Source: a candidate division FCPU426 bacterium
Lineage (GTDB): Bacteria; Oederibacteriota; Muellerivitia; Muellerivitales; Muellerivitaceae
Assembly: GCA_003136635.1 (NCBI GenBank)
Contig: PLFD01000035.1
Span: 13,984-77,983 of the forward strand
DNA: 64,000 nucleotides
Direction: 5' to 3'
The notes under the pieces were generated by a model. That model did not search any database. It saw only the letters and a program-made list of their open reading frames with translations, and was not told the origin of the DNA. This document shows, one piece after another, positions 30,974 to 39,554 of the stretch (within the stretch, counting starts at the first letter, position 1; every line of letters starts with the position of its first letter). Both the position numbers and the translations under genes were made by a program.

Positions 30974-31768
30974 TTAAATAGAATGGAAATCTGTCAAATT
31001 ACTTTTAAAATCATCGGCTATCCAGCCCTGTTTGAGTGTGAACCAATAAGCTTCCCGAACATTTTCCTCCGAAAGGCCGGTGGATCTCACTAGGGCTGAA
31101 GTGGTTTTTCCCGCCATCGTTTCTTTCATCACGGTCATCAGGATTTCATTTACCGGCGTCACCCTCGGGCTTCCCTCGTCAGACCAAACCACCAGCGATT
31201 CCGGTTCCTTTTTGAACATTTCGCCCTCAAAACCATCCACGCCCTTTTCGGTAAAACCAGCCCAGGCTTTGTGAATTTTATAGGCGGATTGCACCAGCCG
31301 GACTGAATTCTTAAACCTTAGTTTTGATTCCCGCCCGATTTCAGGCAATTCACCCGTCAACGACGGTTCGGGTGGAGCGTAAAAAGCCCGCTCCAAAGCC
31401 CATTCCAGCCGGGCCACCTCCGGGATAAAGGCCAGATGCTGTATTTCTTCCCGGCCCGCCAAAAAATCCCCAAAGCCGCCGCCATACTGAATCAGGTCCG
31501 AATCACGGGAAGGATTTTGATACAGAAAATCCCGGCTGAAAAAGTTGAAATTATTCTCACCCAGCAGCACCCGGGTGAAAACATAGGTTTCTTTCATGGC
31601 GCCGATCAACCCAAAAACCAGATTGCCCCGGTAAATCTTGAGCCCGTTATGGGGGTCCGAATGCTGAGGGTCCAGAAAGTAGGACCGAATATGGTTTTTC
31701 TGCTCTTCCCCGGGCTTGGCGGTATAAAGAAATTCAATGAACTCCTTTTGCAGTTGTTCAAGCGACAT
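30974..31768 (-). CDS. DUF2063 (HvfC/BufC-type) MNIO partner protein
   Basis: L..LQ..F, GLKIYRGN, YG..F..FL, EVARLEWA..RAFYA. Confidence 0.85.
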   Translation of the reverse strand: MSLEQLQKEFIEFLYTAKPGEEQKNHIRSYFLDPQHSDPHNGLKIYRGNLVFGLIGAMKETYVFTRVLLGENNFNFFSRDFLYQNPSRDSDLIQYGGGFGDFLAGREEIQHLAFIPEVARLEWALERAFYAPPEPSLTGELPEIGRESKLRFKNSVRLVQSAYKIHKAWAGFTEKGVDGFEGEMFKKEPESLVVWSDEGSPRVTPVNEILMTVMKETMAGKTTSALVRSTGLSEENVREAYWFTLKQGWIADDFKSNLTDFHSI

Positions 31769-32585
31769 GGGATACCCCGCTCAGAACCGCCTGGGCCTTT
31801 TGGGCTTCGGCCCAGACCACCTCAAAGGCCGGAATATTCAAATCCCACTCCATTAACGTCGGCACCTGGGGAAAGCGCGCCGCGGCATACCGGTAAAGAT
31901 CCCAAACTTCATCGCACACCGCCGAACCGTGATTATCGACCAAAATACCCTCGGTTCTCAAATGACCGGCCAGATGCATTTCCTTCACCCGGTCCACCGG
32001 CATGGCATCTATATAGAGATAAGGATCAAACCGAAGGTTTTCGGAATTCACGTAAATATTATTAATATCGAGAAGCAGGTGGCAATCGGCCTTTTCCACC
32101 ACCGCTTTGACGAATTCCCACTCGGTCATTTCGGATTGGTTGAATCTCAAATAGCCCGAAAGGTTTTCAATCAGCATGCGCCGGCCCAGTTTTTCCTGGG
32201 CTTGCTGGATACGGGAAGCCGCGTGGGACACCGCGTCGGCGGTGTAGGGCAAAGGTAAAAGGTCGTGCGATTGGAGGCCGTTGGCGCCGACCCAGCAAAG
32301 ATGGTCGGATATCCACTGGGGTTGGTAGCGTTCGATCAGTTCGGAAAGTCTTTTAAAATAGCTGTCGTTGAGAACTTCGGTAGAGCCCAGGTTCATGCCC
32401 AGACAATGAAAGGTCAGCGGATAGTGGGTTCTGATTTTTTCCAGAGCCCGATGGGGTATTTCACCTTGGTTGAGATAGTTGTCCGCCATCACCTCAAACC
32501 AGGGAACCGGGGGTTTGTTTTCTAAAACACCCGATAAATGGGGGGAGCGGAGACCCATCCCCGCCCCCTGAATAACAGATCCCAT
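31758..32585 (-). CDS. DUF692 multinuclear non-heme iron oxidative enzyme (MNIO; BufB/HvfB-like)
   Basis: G.GLR, WFEV.ADNY, SDHLCW, DLLPLPYT, IEN, LLDINN, EMHLAGH, DNHG, EWD. Confidence 0.93.
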   Translation of the reverse strand: MGSVIQGAGMGLRSPHLSGVLENKPPVPWFEVMADNYLNQGEIPHRALEKIRTHYPLTFHCLGMNLGSTEVLNDSYFKRLSELIERYQPQWISDHLCWVGANGLQSHDLLPLPYTADAVSHAASRIQQAQEKLGRRMLIENLSGYLRFNQSEMTEWEFVKAVVEKADCHLLLDINNIYVNSENLRFDPYLYIDAMPVDRVKEMHLAGHLRTEGILVDNHGSAVCDEVWDLYRYAAARFPQVPTLMEWDLNIPAFEVVWAEAQKAQAVLSGVSHVA

Positions 32586-32596
32586 AAATTAATCTC

Positions 32597-32899
32597 TTAC
32601 ATCGCCGCCGCTGGGGCCGCGTCTGCCGGCTTCAAGCTTCCGCCGATTTTATCGCTCACACCCTTGGGCAAATAGATCCATTCGTTCGGATCGTTATCGA
32701 CCTTGGACTGGCCGGCGCAGGAATGACCTTTGGCGGCGCAATCGTTCTTGCCGGCCTTGGCCACACCATAAACCTTCTCTACTTTGATTCCCTTAATCTT
32801 GGTCCAGTCACCCGCGTGGGCGGTGGTGGTAAGGGCAACCGCGCTAAAAGCGACAGCGGTGGCAATGGCGGTGGTTGAGGCTAATTTGGTACCGTTCAT
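32597..32899 (-). CDS. DUF2282 (BufA1-type) RiPP precursor with signal peptide; only two Cys
   Basis: EKVYGVAKAGKNDCAAKGHSCAGQSKVDNDPNEWIYLPKGVSDKIGG; SD AAGGAG before MNGTK. Confidence 0.85.
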   Translation of the reverse strand: MNGTKLASTTAIATAVAFSAVALTTTAHAGDWTKIKGIKVEKVYGVAKAGKNDCAAKGHSCAGQSKVDNDPNEWIYLPKGVSDKIGGSLKPADAAPAAAM

Positions 32900-32950
32900 A
32901 ACAACTCCTTTAAAATTAATAAGCCCTCCCAAAGAAGAGCTGGAAATAGA

Positions 32951-32976
32951 TACTCCCCGACCGGAAAGAAAGTTAC
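32951..32976 (-). promoter_or_regulatory. ECF (SigF/ECF16-like) promoter for the RiPP operon
   Basis: Minus strand GTAACT-N16-AGTA. Confidence 0.6.
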
Positions 32977-33022
32977 CAGAAAAATCGGTACTGTTACAGT
33001 TTACAAATTAATGACTTTCGAT

Positions 33023-33228
33023 GTCATTGCGAGGAGAAACCGTCGAATAGACGGTTGTCATCGACGAAGCAACCCCAGTTTAAATAAAGTTTGAACCCTC
33101 CACATTACCAACAACCCAAGCACCGTCGTTGTACATGGGCTTTGCCCATGCAGGGTCGGCCACACAGGCTGACCACTTCAAGCCTGTCATAACCAGCCCC
33201 CTATTCAGGGGCCATTCCTCGCAATGAC
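33023..33228. repeat. Palindromic REP/RPE-like element
   Basis: 13-bp terminal inverted repeats gtcattgcgagga / tcctcgcaatgac, internal cgaagcaa and nested hairpins. Confidence 0.7.
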
Positions 33229-33266
33229 GGCTAAACTATAACACTACTGAAAATTCTTCTCTTCTC

Positions 33267-33292
33267 GTAACCCTTTTCCCCCTTATTCCGTA
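33267..33292 (+). promoter_or_regulatory. ECF (SigF/ECF16-like) promoter for yceI
   Basis: GTAACC-N16-CGTA, 37 nt before the ATG. Confidence 0.6.
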
Positions 33293-33329
33293 ATCTATAC
33301 CAGCTGTCGATCAATTTAAGGAGCCGGAT

Positions 33330-33926
33330 ATGAAAAAAGGTTTTATGATTTTAGCCTTGGTTTTAGGGGTCTTTTCCGCCGTCAGTATCAGTCAAGCCGC
33401 TGTTTACAAGATAGACCCGGACCACAGCAGTATTACCTTTAAAGTAAAGCATCTGACCATCAGCACAGTCATGGGAAAGTTTTCCAAATTTTCAGGAACA
33501 TTTAACTTTGACGAAAAGAATCCCTCCCAATCGAAGGTCACGGTCACCATTGACCCGGCCAGCGTGGATACAGGCGTCAAGGGCCGCGACGACCATTTGC
33601 GCAGCGACGCCTTTTTCGAGGTGGAAACCTATCCGACGGCCGTTTTCAAAAGCACCAAAGTCAGCGATATCAAAGACGGGGATTTTACCATTGAGGGTAA
33701 TTTGACCCTGCATGGGGTGACCAAGCCGGTGGTGTTAAAAGCCAGCTATGAAGGTTCCATCGCCGACGATCAGGGCCAGACCCACGCGGCTTTCAGCGCC
33801 GAAACCGAAATCAACCGGCAGGATTACGGAATTGACTTCAGCGAAGCCCTGGATAAGGGCGGCCTTTTAGCGGCCAATGAAGTGAAATTGAGTTTTGAAG
33901 TGGAAGGCGTTCAAGCCTCCCAATAA
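33330..33926 (+). CDS. YceI-family polyisoprenoid-binding periplasmic protein
   Basis: YKIDPDHS...F.VKHL, RDDHLRS.AFF, GNLTLHGVTKPV, INRQDYG. Confidence 0.93.
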   Translation: MKKGFMILALVLGVFSAVSISQAAVYKIDPDHSSITFKVKHLTISTVMGKFSKFSGTFNFDEKNPSQSKVTVTIDPASVDTGVKGRDDHLRSDAFFEVETYPTAVFKSTKVSDIKDGDFTIEGNLTLHGVTKPVVLKASYEGSIADDQGQTHAAFSAETEINRQDYGIDFSEALDKGGLLAANEVKLSFEVEGVQASQ

Positions 33927-33948
33927 CCCCGAAACCCAAAACAATTTT

Positions 33949-34123
33949 TAACCACCAAGGCACCAAGGGCACCATGCCGGCCTTCAATAAAGCTTTTAAA
34001 GAGGTCGGTATAGTACCGATTTCCATAATTTGTTTTATAGTAAATCGGCACAAGAAAATCTTTAATGTTTAAATCAAATTCCTCTTCTTGCCTTCCTTGG
34101 TGCCCTTGGTGCCTTGGTGGTTA
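33949..34123. repeat. Intergenic palindromic element (family A variant)
   Basis: Perfect 26-bp IR taaccaccaaggcaccaagggcacca / tggtgcccttggtgccttggtggtta with an AT-rich spacer. Confidence 0.8.
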
Positions 34124-34207
34124 GAGAAGTTTTTATGCCTTGCCCTTCCCTTGCAATCCGCACCCTTCCCCCTCTAGTCTGGCCTATCCCATTCGAAGGA
34201 GTCAGAA

Positions 34208-35200
34208 ATGCAAAAACGAAAATTAGGAAGCCAGGGTCTGGAAGTTCCCGTCCTGGGTTTAGGCTGTATGGGTATGACTTTCGCTTACAACGGCGGCAAG
34301 GCCGATCCGGATGAATGCCTCAAAGTTCTGGACCGGTCGCTGGAATTGGGAATCAATTTTTGGGACACCGCCCAGAGCTATGGACCCTTTACGAATGAGG
34401 AACTTCTGGGCAAGTCCTTAAAAGGCCGCCGTGAAAAAGTAATTGTGGCTACCAAGTTCGCCTGGAAAAACGGCGCGGCGGGTCCCGACACGCTGGATGG
34501 ATCGCCTGAAAACGCCCGGGAAAGTTTGGAAGGCTGTTTAAAAAGATTAGGCACGGACTACGTGGACCTTTACTATCTTCACCGCAAAGACCCTAAAGTA
34601 CCAATCGAGGAAACGGTTGGCGCCATGGGCCAATTGGTCAAAGAAGGCAAAGTCCGTTATATCGGTTTAAGCGAAGTGGGCCCCGTTACCCTGCGAAAAG
34701 CCCACGCCGTCCACCCTTTAACCGCTTTGCAAAGCGAATATTCCCTCTGGGAAACGGGCCTGGAAGAAAAAATTCTTCCTGTGCTGAGGGAATTGAAAAT
34801 CGGCCTGGTGGCCTTTAGCCCCGTGGGCCGGGGCTTTTTAACCGGACAGATTAAACGCTTTGAGGATATTCCGGAAAAAGACATGCGCCGCACCCTTCCC
34901 CGTTTTCAGGGTGAAAACTTCGCCGCGAATTTAAAATTGGTAGAAGCCGTCAAGGACCTGGGCGCCTCGAAGGGGGCTACCGCTTCCCAAACCGCGCTGG
35001 CCTGGCTGCTGCGGCAAGGGGAGGATATCACCGCCATCCCCGGCACCACCCATGTTCACCATTTGGAGGAAAACGCCAAGGCGGCGGAGATTCATTTGAG
35101 CGAACAGGATTTGGCGGGGATACAACAAATTCTGGCGAAAATTCCGATTTCGGGAAACCGCTATTCCGAAATGATGGCCAAAATGGTTTCGGCTGAATAA
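34208..35200 (+). CDS. Aldo/keto reductase
   Basis: GLGCMGM, DTA..YG, ATKF, LKRLGTDYVDLYYLHR, GKVRYIGLSE, QSEYSLW, IPGT. Confidence 0.95.
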   Translation: MQKRKLGSQGLEVPVLGLGCMGMTFAYNGGKADPDECLKVLDRSLELGINFWDTAQSYGPFTNEELLGKSLKGRREKVIVATKFAWKNGAAGPDTLDGSPENARESLEGCLKRLGTDYVDLYYLHRKDPKVPIEETVGAMGQLVKEGKVRYIGLSEVGPVTLRKAHAVHPLTALQSEYSLWETGLEEKILPVLRELKIGLVAFSPVGRGFLTGQIKRFEDIPEKDMRRTLPRFQGENFAANLKLVEAVKDLGASKGATASQTALAWLLRQGEDITAIPGTTHVHHLEENAKAAEIHLSEQDLAGIQQILAKIPISGNRYSEMMAKMVSAE

Positions 35201-35269
35201 TTCCAATCCAGCCTTGAAACATCGCCACGACTTCAAGGCCTCAGCTTTAAAAGGAAATCTTAAAACCCA

Positions 35270-35374
35270 TTCACGGAGTACACCAAGTTTTAAAGAGTTT
35301 ATCGGCAAATCTTTAGCAGGGTAGACGGAAAAAAATACAGGTTTAACTCCAAGTAACTTCGTCGTTTCCGTGAA
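35270..35374. repeat. Degenerate palindromic element (family A-related)
   Basis: ttcacggagtacacc...tccgtgaa; left arm shared with 62916. Confidence 0.5.
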
Positions 35375-35452
35375 ATCTTAAAATCATTCACAGCGATGCG
35401 GAATTTTCGGGAGTTTATGGTTTGATAAAACCGCTTCTCATCACGTCTAAAC

Positions 35453-35487
35453 AAAAAGGGCCGTTCCCTTTCGGGAACAGCCCTTTC
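35453..35487 (-). terminator. Rho-independent terminator after GSIII
   Basis: Minus strand: aaagggctgttccc-gaaa-gggaacggcccttttt. Confidence 0.8.
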
Positions 35488-35503
35488 AATAGCTGCAGTT
35501 TGC

Positions 35504-37675
35504 TTAGTACTGGAACAACATCTCCCGGTACTTCGGCAAAGGCCACGCTTCGTCATCCACATAACCTTCCAGCCAGTCCGCCAACTCGCGGACTTTAAGC
35601 ATTTGCGGTATCACGGAATCCTTTAAGGAAGCCGCGATCTGGTGCAGACTCGAACCTTCGTTCGCCTTATCAATCAACTCATCCAAAGCCTCAATGGCTT
35701 CGAAAAGATCGCTGGCACCCTTGGCCACATTCGCCAAAAGATCGTTTTGACCCTTTTGACCGCTCTTCAACACCGCGGCTGTCAAACCAATCGTGTTGGC
35801 TAACTTGGATTGGTAGCCAATCACCGCCGGCAAAATCTGATTGCGGGCAATGTCCACCGTCGCGTTGGCTTCGATGTTGGTCACCTTCACATAACGTTCC
35901 CACATGATCTCTTCGCGGGCGTCGTATTCCTTCTCGTTCAATACTTTGTATTTCTCGAAAAGTTGTTTGTATTCTTTCTTCTTCATGGCATGCAAGGCCT
36001 CAATAGTCGTCTTGAGGTTCGGCAAGCCGCGCTTGGCCGCTTCCGCGTGCCATTCGGCGCCGTAGCCGTTGCCGTTAAAGAGAACCCGTTTGTGTTCTTT
36101 AATTTCTTTTTGAAGCACTGTCGCCAAAGCGCTGTTGAAATCACCCTTCGCGCCTTCAAGCTCCGTGGCGATACGGTCAATCGACTCCGCCACAATGGTG
36201 TTCAAAATAGTGTTCGGCCAGTAGATGGCGGCCGTGGAACCTACCGCGCGGAACTCGAACTTGTTGCCCGTAAAGGCAAAAGGCGAGGTACGGTTACGGT
36301 CGGTCGCATCTCTGGGTAAAGGCGGAAGGGTCGAAACACCCAATTCCATAACGCCTCCCGACTTGCTGGAGGAAGGCTTGCCTTTTTCCAATTGATCAAT
36401 GACGTCCTGCAATTGATCTCCCAGGAAGATGGAAATAATCGCCGGAGGAGCTTCATTCGCGCCCAAACGGTGGTCATTACCCGGTCCGCTGATGCCGATA
36501 CGCAAAAGTTCCGCGTATTTATCGACCGCGGCGATGATCGCTACCAGGACCGCCAGGAACTGCGCGTTTTCATGGGGCGTCTTGCCCGGCTCCAGCAGGT
36601 TTTCATTTTCATTGGTCGACATGGACCAGTTGTTGTGCTTCCCGTTACCGTTGATACCGGCAAAAGGCTTTTCATGCAGCAGGCAGACCAGGCCATGACG
36701 GATGGCGATCTTGCGCATCAATTCCATCACGATCATATTGTGATCGGCGGCAATGGATGACTTTTCGAAAATGGGGGCCATTTCAAACTGGGCCGGGGCC
36801 ACTTCGTTATGACGGGTCTTGGACGGAATGCCCAAGCGCCACAATTCACGGTCTAAATCCATCATGAACGCCAAAATACGTTCCTTAATGGCTCCGAAAT
36901 AATGATCTTCCAGTTCCTGCCCTCTATAGGGAGGCGCGCCGAAAAGAGTACGGCCGCCGGCAATTAAATCCGGGCGGAGTTCAAAATATTGGCGGTCAAT
37001 TAGGAAATATTCCTGTTCCGGACCCATGTTCGTAAACACATGCTTTGCGGTTTTGTTACCGAAAAGCTTGAGTAAACGAAGCGACTGAACCGAAAGGGCC
37101 TCTACTGAACGAAGCAGCGGGGTTTTGAAATCCAAAGCTTCGCCGGTGTAGCTGACGAAAGCGGTGGGTATGGTCAAAGTCGCGCCGTTAATTCCTTCTT
37201 GAATAAAAGCCGAAGAAGTCGGATCCCAGGCCGTATAACCGCGGGCCTCAAAGGTGGAACGGGTTCCGCCCGAAGGGAAAGACGAAGCGTCCGGCTCGCC
37301 CTTAATTAAAGTCTTGCCGTCAAACTCAGCGACCGTTCCGCCTTCAGCGGTCGGATCCAGAAATGAGTCATGCTTTTCCGCGCCCAAACCGGTCAAAGGA
37401 ATAAACCAATGGGTATAGTGAGTTACTCCGTGGGACAAAGCCCACTCTTTCATGCCCTGCGCGACCTGGTCGGCGATGGAAGGATCAAGGGCTTCGCCGC
37501 GAAGGGTAGTGGCTCTTAATTTCTTATAAACATCTTTGGAAAGGTATTGTTTCTGAGCGCCATCATTGAAAACTAATGAACCATAAATTTCAGTTCCGGG
37601 TTTAGCTTTATATTCTTCAACGGGAGGCATTTCTTTTTCGAGAGAAATTGCTATTTTTTTTCTGAGATTAGACAT
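35504..37675 (-). CDS. glnA: Glutamine synthetase type III
   Basis: HYTHWF.PLTG..AEKHDSF, GEPDASSFPSGG, FEARGYTAWD, HNEVAP.QFE, HEKPFAG.NG, DRNRTSPFAFTGNKFEFRA; 723 aa. Confidence 0.95.
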   Translation of the reverse strand: MSNLRKKIAISLEKEMPPVEEYKAKPGTEIYGSLVFNDGAQKQYLSKDVYKKLRATTLRGEALDPSIADQVAQGMKEWALSHGVTHYTHWFIPLTGLGAEKHDSFLDPTAEGGTVAEFDGKTLIKGEPDASSFPSGGTRSTFEARGYTAWDPTSSAFIQEGINGATLTIPTAFVSYTGEALDFKTPLLRSVEALSVQSLRLLKLFGNKTAKHVFTNMGPEQEYFLIDRQYFELRPDLIAGGRTLFGAPPYRGQELEDHYFGAIKERILAFMMDLDRELWRLGIPSKTRHNEVAPAQFEMAPIFEKSSIAADHNMIVMELMRKIAIRHGLVCLLHEKPFAGINGNGKHNNWSMSTNENENLLEPGKTPHENAQFLAVLVAIIAAVDKYAELLRIGISGPGNDHRLGANEAPPAIISIFLGDQLQDVIDQLEKGKPSSSKSGGVMELGVSTLPPLPRDATDRNRTSPFAFTGNKFEFRAVGSTAAIYWPNTILNTIVAESIDRIATELEGAKGDFNSALATVLQKEIKEHKRVLFNGNGYGAEWHAEAAKRGLPNLKTTIEALHAMKKKEYKQLFEKYKVLNEKEYDAREEIMWERYVKVTNIEANATVDIARNQILPAVIGYQSKLANTIGLTAAVLKSGQKGQNDLLANVAKGASDLFEAIEALDELIDKANEGSSLHQIAASLKDSVIPQMLKVRELADWLEGYVDDEAWPLPKYREMLFQY

Positions 37676-37785
37676 GATTTATATCTCCTTGAAACCTTGA
37701 GTTTGTAATGTTGGGGGGTAACTTCGTCATTCACTTAAACGGAAACAAAAAACCTTACATTTTCTTTACTTTTTATTTTGGGATT

Positions 37786-37850
37786 TAAAAAACCGGTCGG
37801 GTGTTGGAGGAATGGCGCTCAACTTTGCCACTTTCCTAAACCCGACCGGC
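37786..37850 (-). terminator. Long hairpin with U tract between the porin and GSIII genes
   Basis: Minus strand: ccggtcgggt...acccgaccgg-tttttt. Confidence 0.55.
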
Positions 37851-37899
37851 CTCTTAAATTTTCAGCAACAAACCGCTAACAACTTTTTGAAACTAAACT

Positions 37900-39063
37900 T
37901 TAGAACACGATCGCAGTATCTAAAGTCGTGGTCAACTGATCAGCACTATGAGCGGTAAACGGACCAGCATGAGGACCAGGAACAACACCGTTAACAACGG
38001 CGTAGTCATAACGGCCTTCCAACGAAACGGTGAAAGCGGAAGTCAGGTTATGAGTAATAGTCAAAGTAGCATCGCGACCTTCGTCTTTCTGACCAATACC
38101 TAAACCGTAAATTCCCAAGGTTCCGCCATTATCAGACACTTCTTCTAAACGAAGAGCGGCTGAATAATCGCTGGAAAGAGCTAACTTGGCATACAAGTCC
38201 GCACCCCAGAAATCAGCAGTTCCGATTCCATTTTCTCCGCCAGCTTCCGCATCCAACGCGAAAGTCAAGTCAGAGGCAGCGTTAAAGCCAATGATGGCTT
38301 CGCCAACATATCTGTTAAGACCAGCCGGTATAACAGGCAAAGGAGCCTGGGATCCCGGACCATCTACTCCGTTCAAGGTGACACTCCAAACTGAATTAGG
38401 CGTCCAAGCTAAGGACAATCCATAAGTCTGGATCAATGAATCGGTAGTAATCGCAGTATTAACAGCATTGTTCCAACCGTTAGTGGCATAGCCCGTCAAT
38501 TTGAAAGTTGAATCGGGAGCGAAAGCTACGCTAACACCTTGGTGCCACAAGGGAATGGTGTACCAGAAAAGCAACGAACGGCTGATGTTCCAGTTGCCCG
38601 TGCTTTCAATGACTTCATTACCCATCCAGGTCACAAAACGACCACCAGATAAAGTAAATACGCCCGGAGCGTAAGAAACATAAGCTTGTTCCACGTCAAT
38701 TCCAGGAACGGCAGAACCAATTGCTAAATTGGCTTCTTGTCCATAGGCCAAAACCAAATGACCACTGGCCAATCCCTGGGTCGCGGTGGCTTTTAATTCA
38801 GCCAAGCCCAAGGTATAGGAACCATCCGTACCATCAAAAAAAGTTCCAAGATTTCCCGCACCGTTGGCTTTATTGGCCGCATTAGTGAAATTGTACGAAT
38901 AGTACGCATCCACCATTCCATCAATCACAACCGCCGGAGGCGCTGGCGTAGCCGCAGCCGTAGGTGCTGGTGTCGCCGCGGTTTGAGCCAAAACGGGCGA
39001 TAAGCCACCCGCCATGACGAGCGCAGCAACCAAACCCATCAAATTTTTAATAAACTTGTTCAT
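37900..39063 (-). CDS. Outer-membrane beta-barrel porin (BBP2/DUF1597-like)
   Basis: Signal peptide; G.VDAYYSYNF, EQAYV, GRF.T.MG.EVIES..NWN.SRS.LF, NGW; terminal Phe. Confidence 0.82.
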   Translation of the reverse strand: MNKFIKNLMGLVAALVMAGGLSPVLAQTAATPAPTAAATPAPPAVVIDGMVDAYYSYNFTNAANKANGAGNLGTFFDGTDGSYTLGLAELKATATQGLASGHLVLAYGQEANLAIGSAVPGIDVEQAYVSYAPGVFTLSGGRFVTWMGNEVIESTGNWNISRSLLFWYTIPLWHQGVSVAFAPDSTFKLTGYATNGWNNAVNTAITTDSLIQTYGLSLAWTPNSVWSVTLNGVDGPGSQAPLPVIPAGLNRYVGEAIIGFNAASDLTFALDAEAGGENGIGTADFWGADLYAKLALSSDYSAALRLEEVSDNGGTLGIYGLGIGQKDEGRDATLTITHNLTSAFTVSLEGRYDYAVVNGVVPGPHAGPFTAHSADQLTTTLDTAIVF

Positions 39064-39177
39064 CTCTTCCTCCTAAATAAAATTAAACGACAAAATTCAA
39101 CGTCGACTTCATTACAACAACCTTCTCGAACAGCATTCAGAGACAAGAAGGGTTCGGCAATTCCGTGCTTTGAATAA

Positions 39178-39194
39178 AGCAAGCCTTATGCCAA
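39178..39194 (-). promoter_or_regulatory. Sigma54 -24/-12 promoter (porin)
   Basis: TTGGCATAAGGCTTGCT (GG-N10-GC). Confidence 0.8.
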
Positions 39195-39516
39195 TCCAAC
39201 ACCCGGAATAACCTCGTTGCAAATCGGTAAATTCTATGTGAAATCACGTATTTAAAACAACTTTTTGAGCTTTTATTTTTTAAAACATCAACCATATTTG
39301 GCCTAAATTGTCCTTATCTACAATTTTGATTAATACCCACTTCCTTCAAAAACCCCATCAAATTCAGCAAAATTAGGTTTTTTTGAATTTTAACCCCATC
39401 AAAAAACACATTTGAAAACTACAACGAATCATTACATTAGGATTCTGTTTAAATTGGAAAAAAGCGGTCTTAAATTGTTAAATAACCTTCTGTTAGATGA
39501 CCCAACAGGTTAATAG

Positions 39517-39548
39517 AAAAGGGCCTCCCCTTTCGGAGAGAGCCTTTT
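39517..39548 (-). terminator. Rho-independent terminator
   Basis: Minus strand: aaaaggctctctcc-gaaa-ggggaggccctttt. Confidence 0.65.
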
Positions 39549-39554
39549 CCACTA

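Noticed and set aside
23911-35374. Family A repeats as a possible CRISPR array
   Set aside because: They are inverted, dispersed and variable, not direct repeats with regular spacers; no cas genes in the window
37676-37900. Possible glutamine riboswitch upstream of GSIII
   Set aside because: No recognisable glnA-motif consensus; the hairpin plus U tract is explained as a terminator. An Rfam scan would settle it
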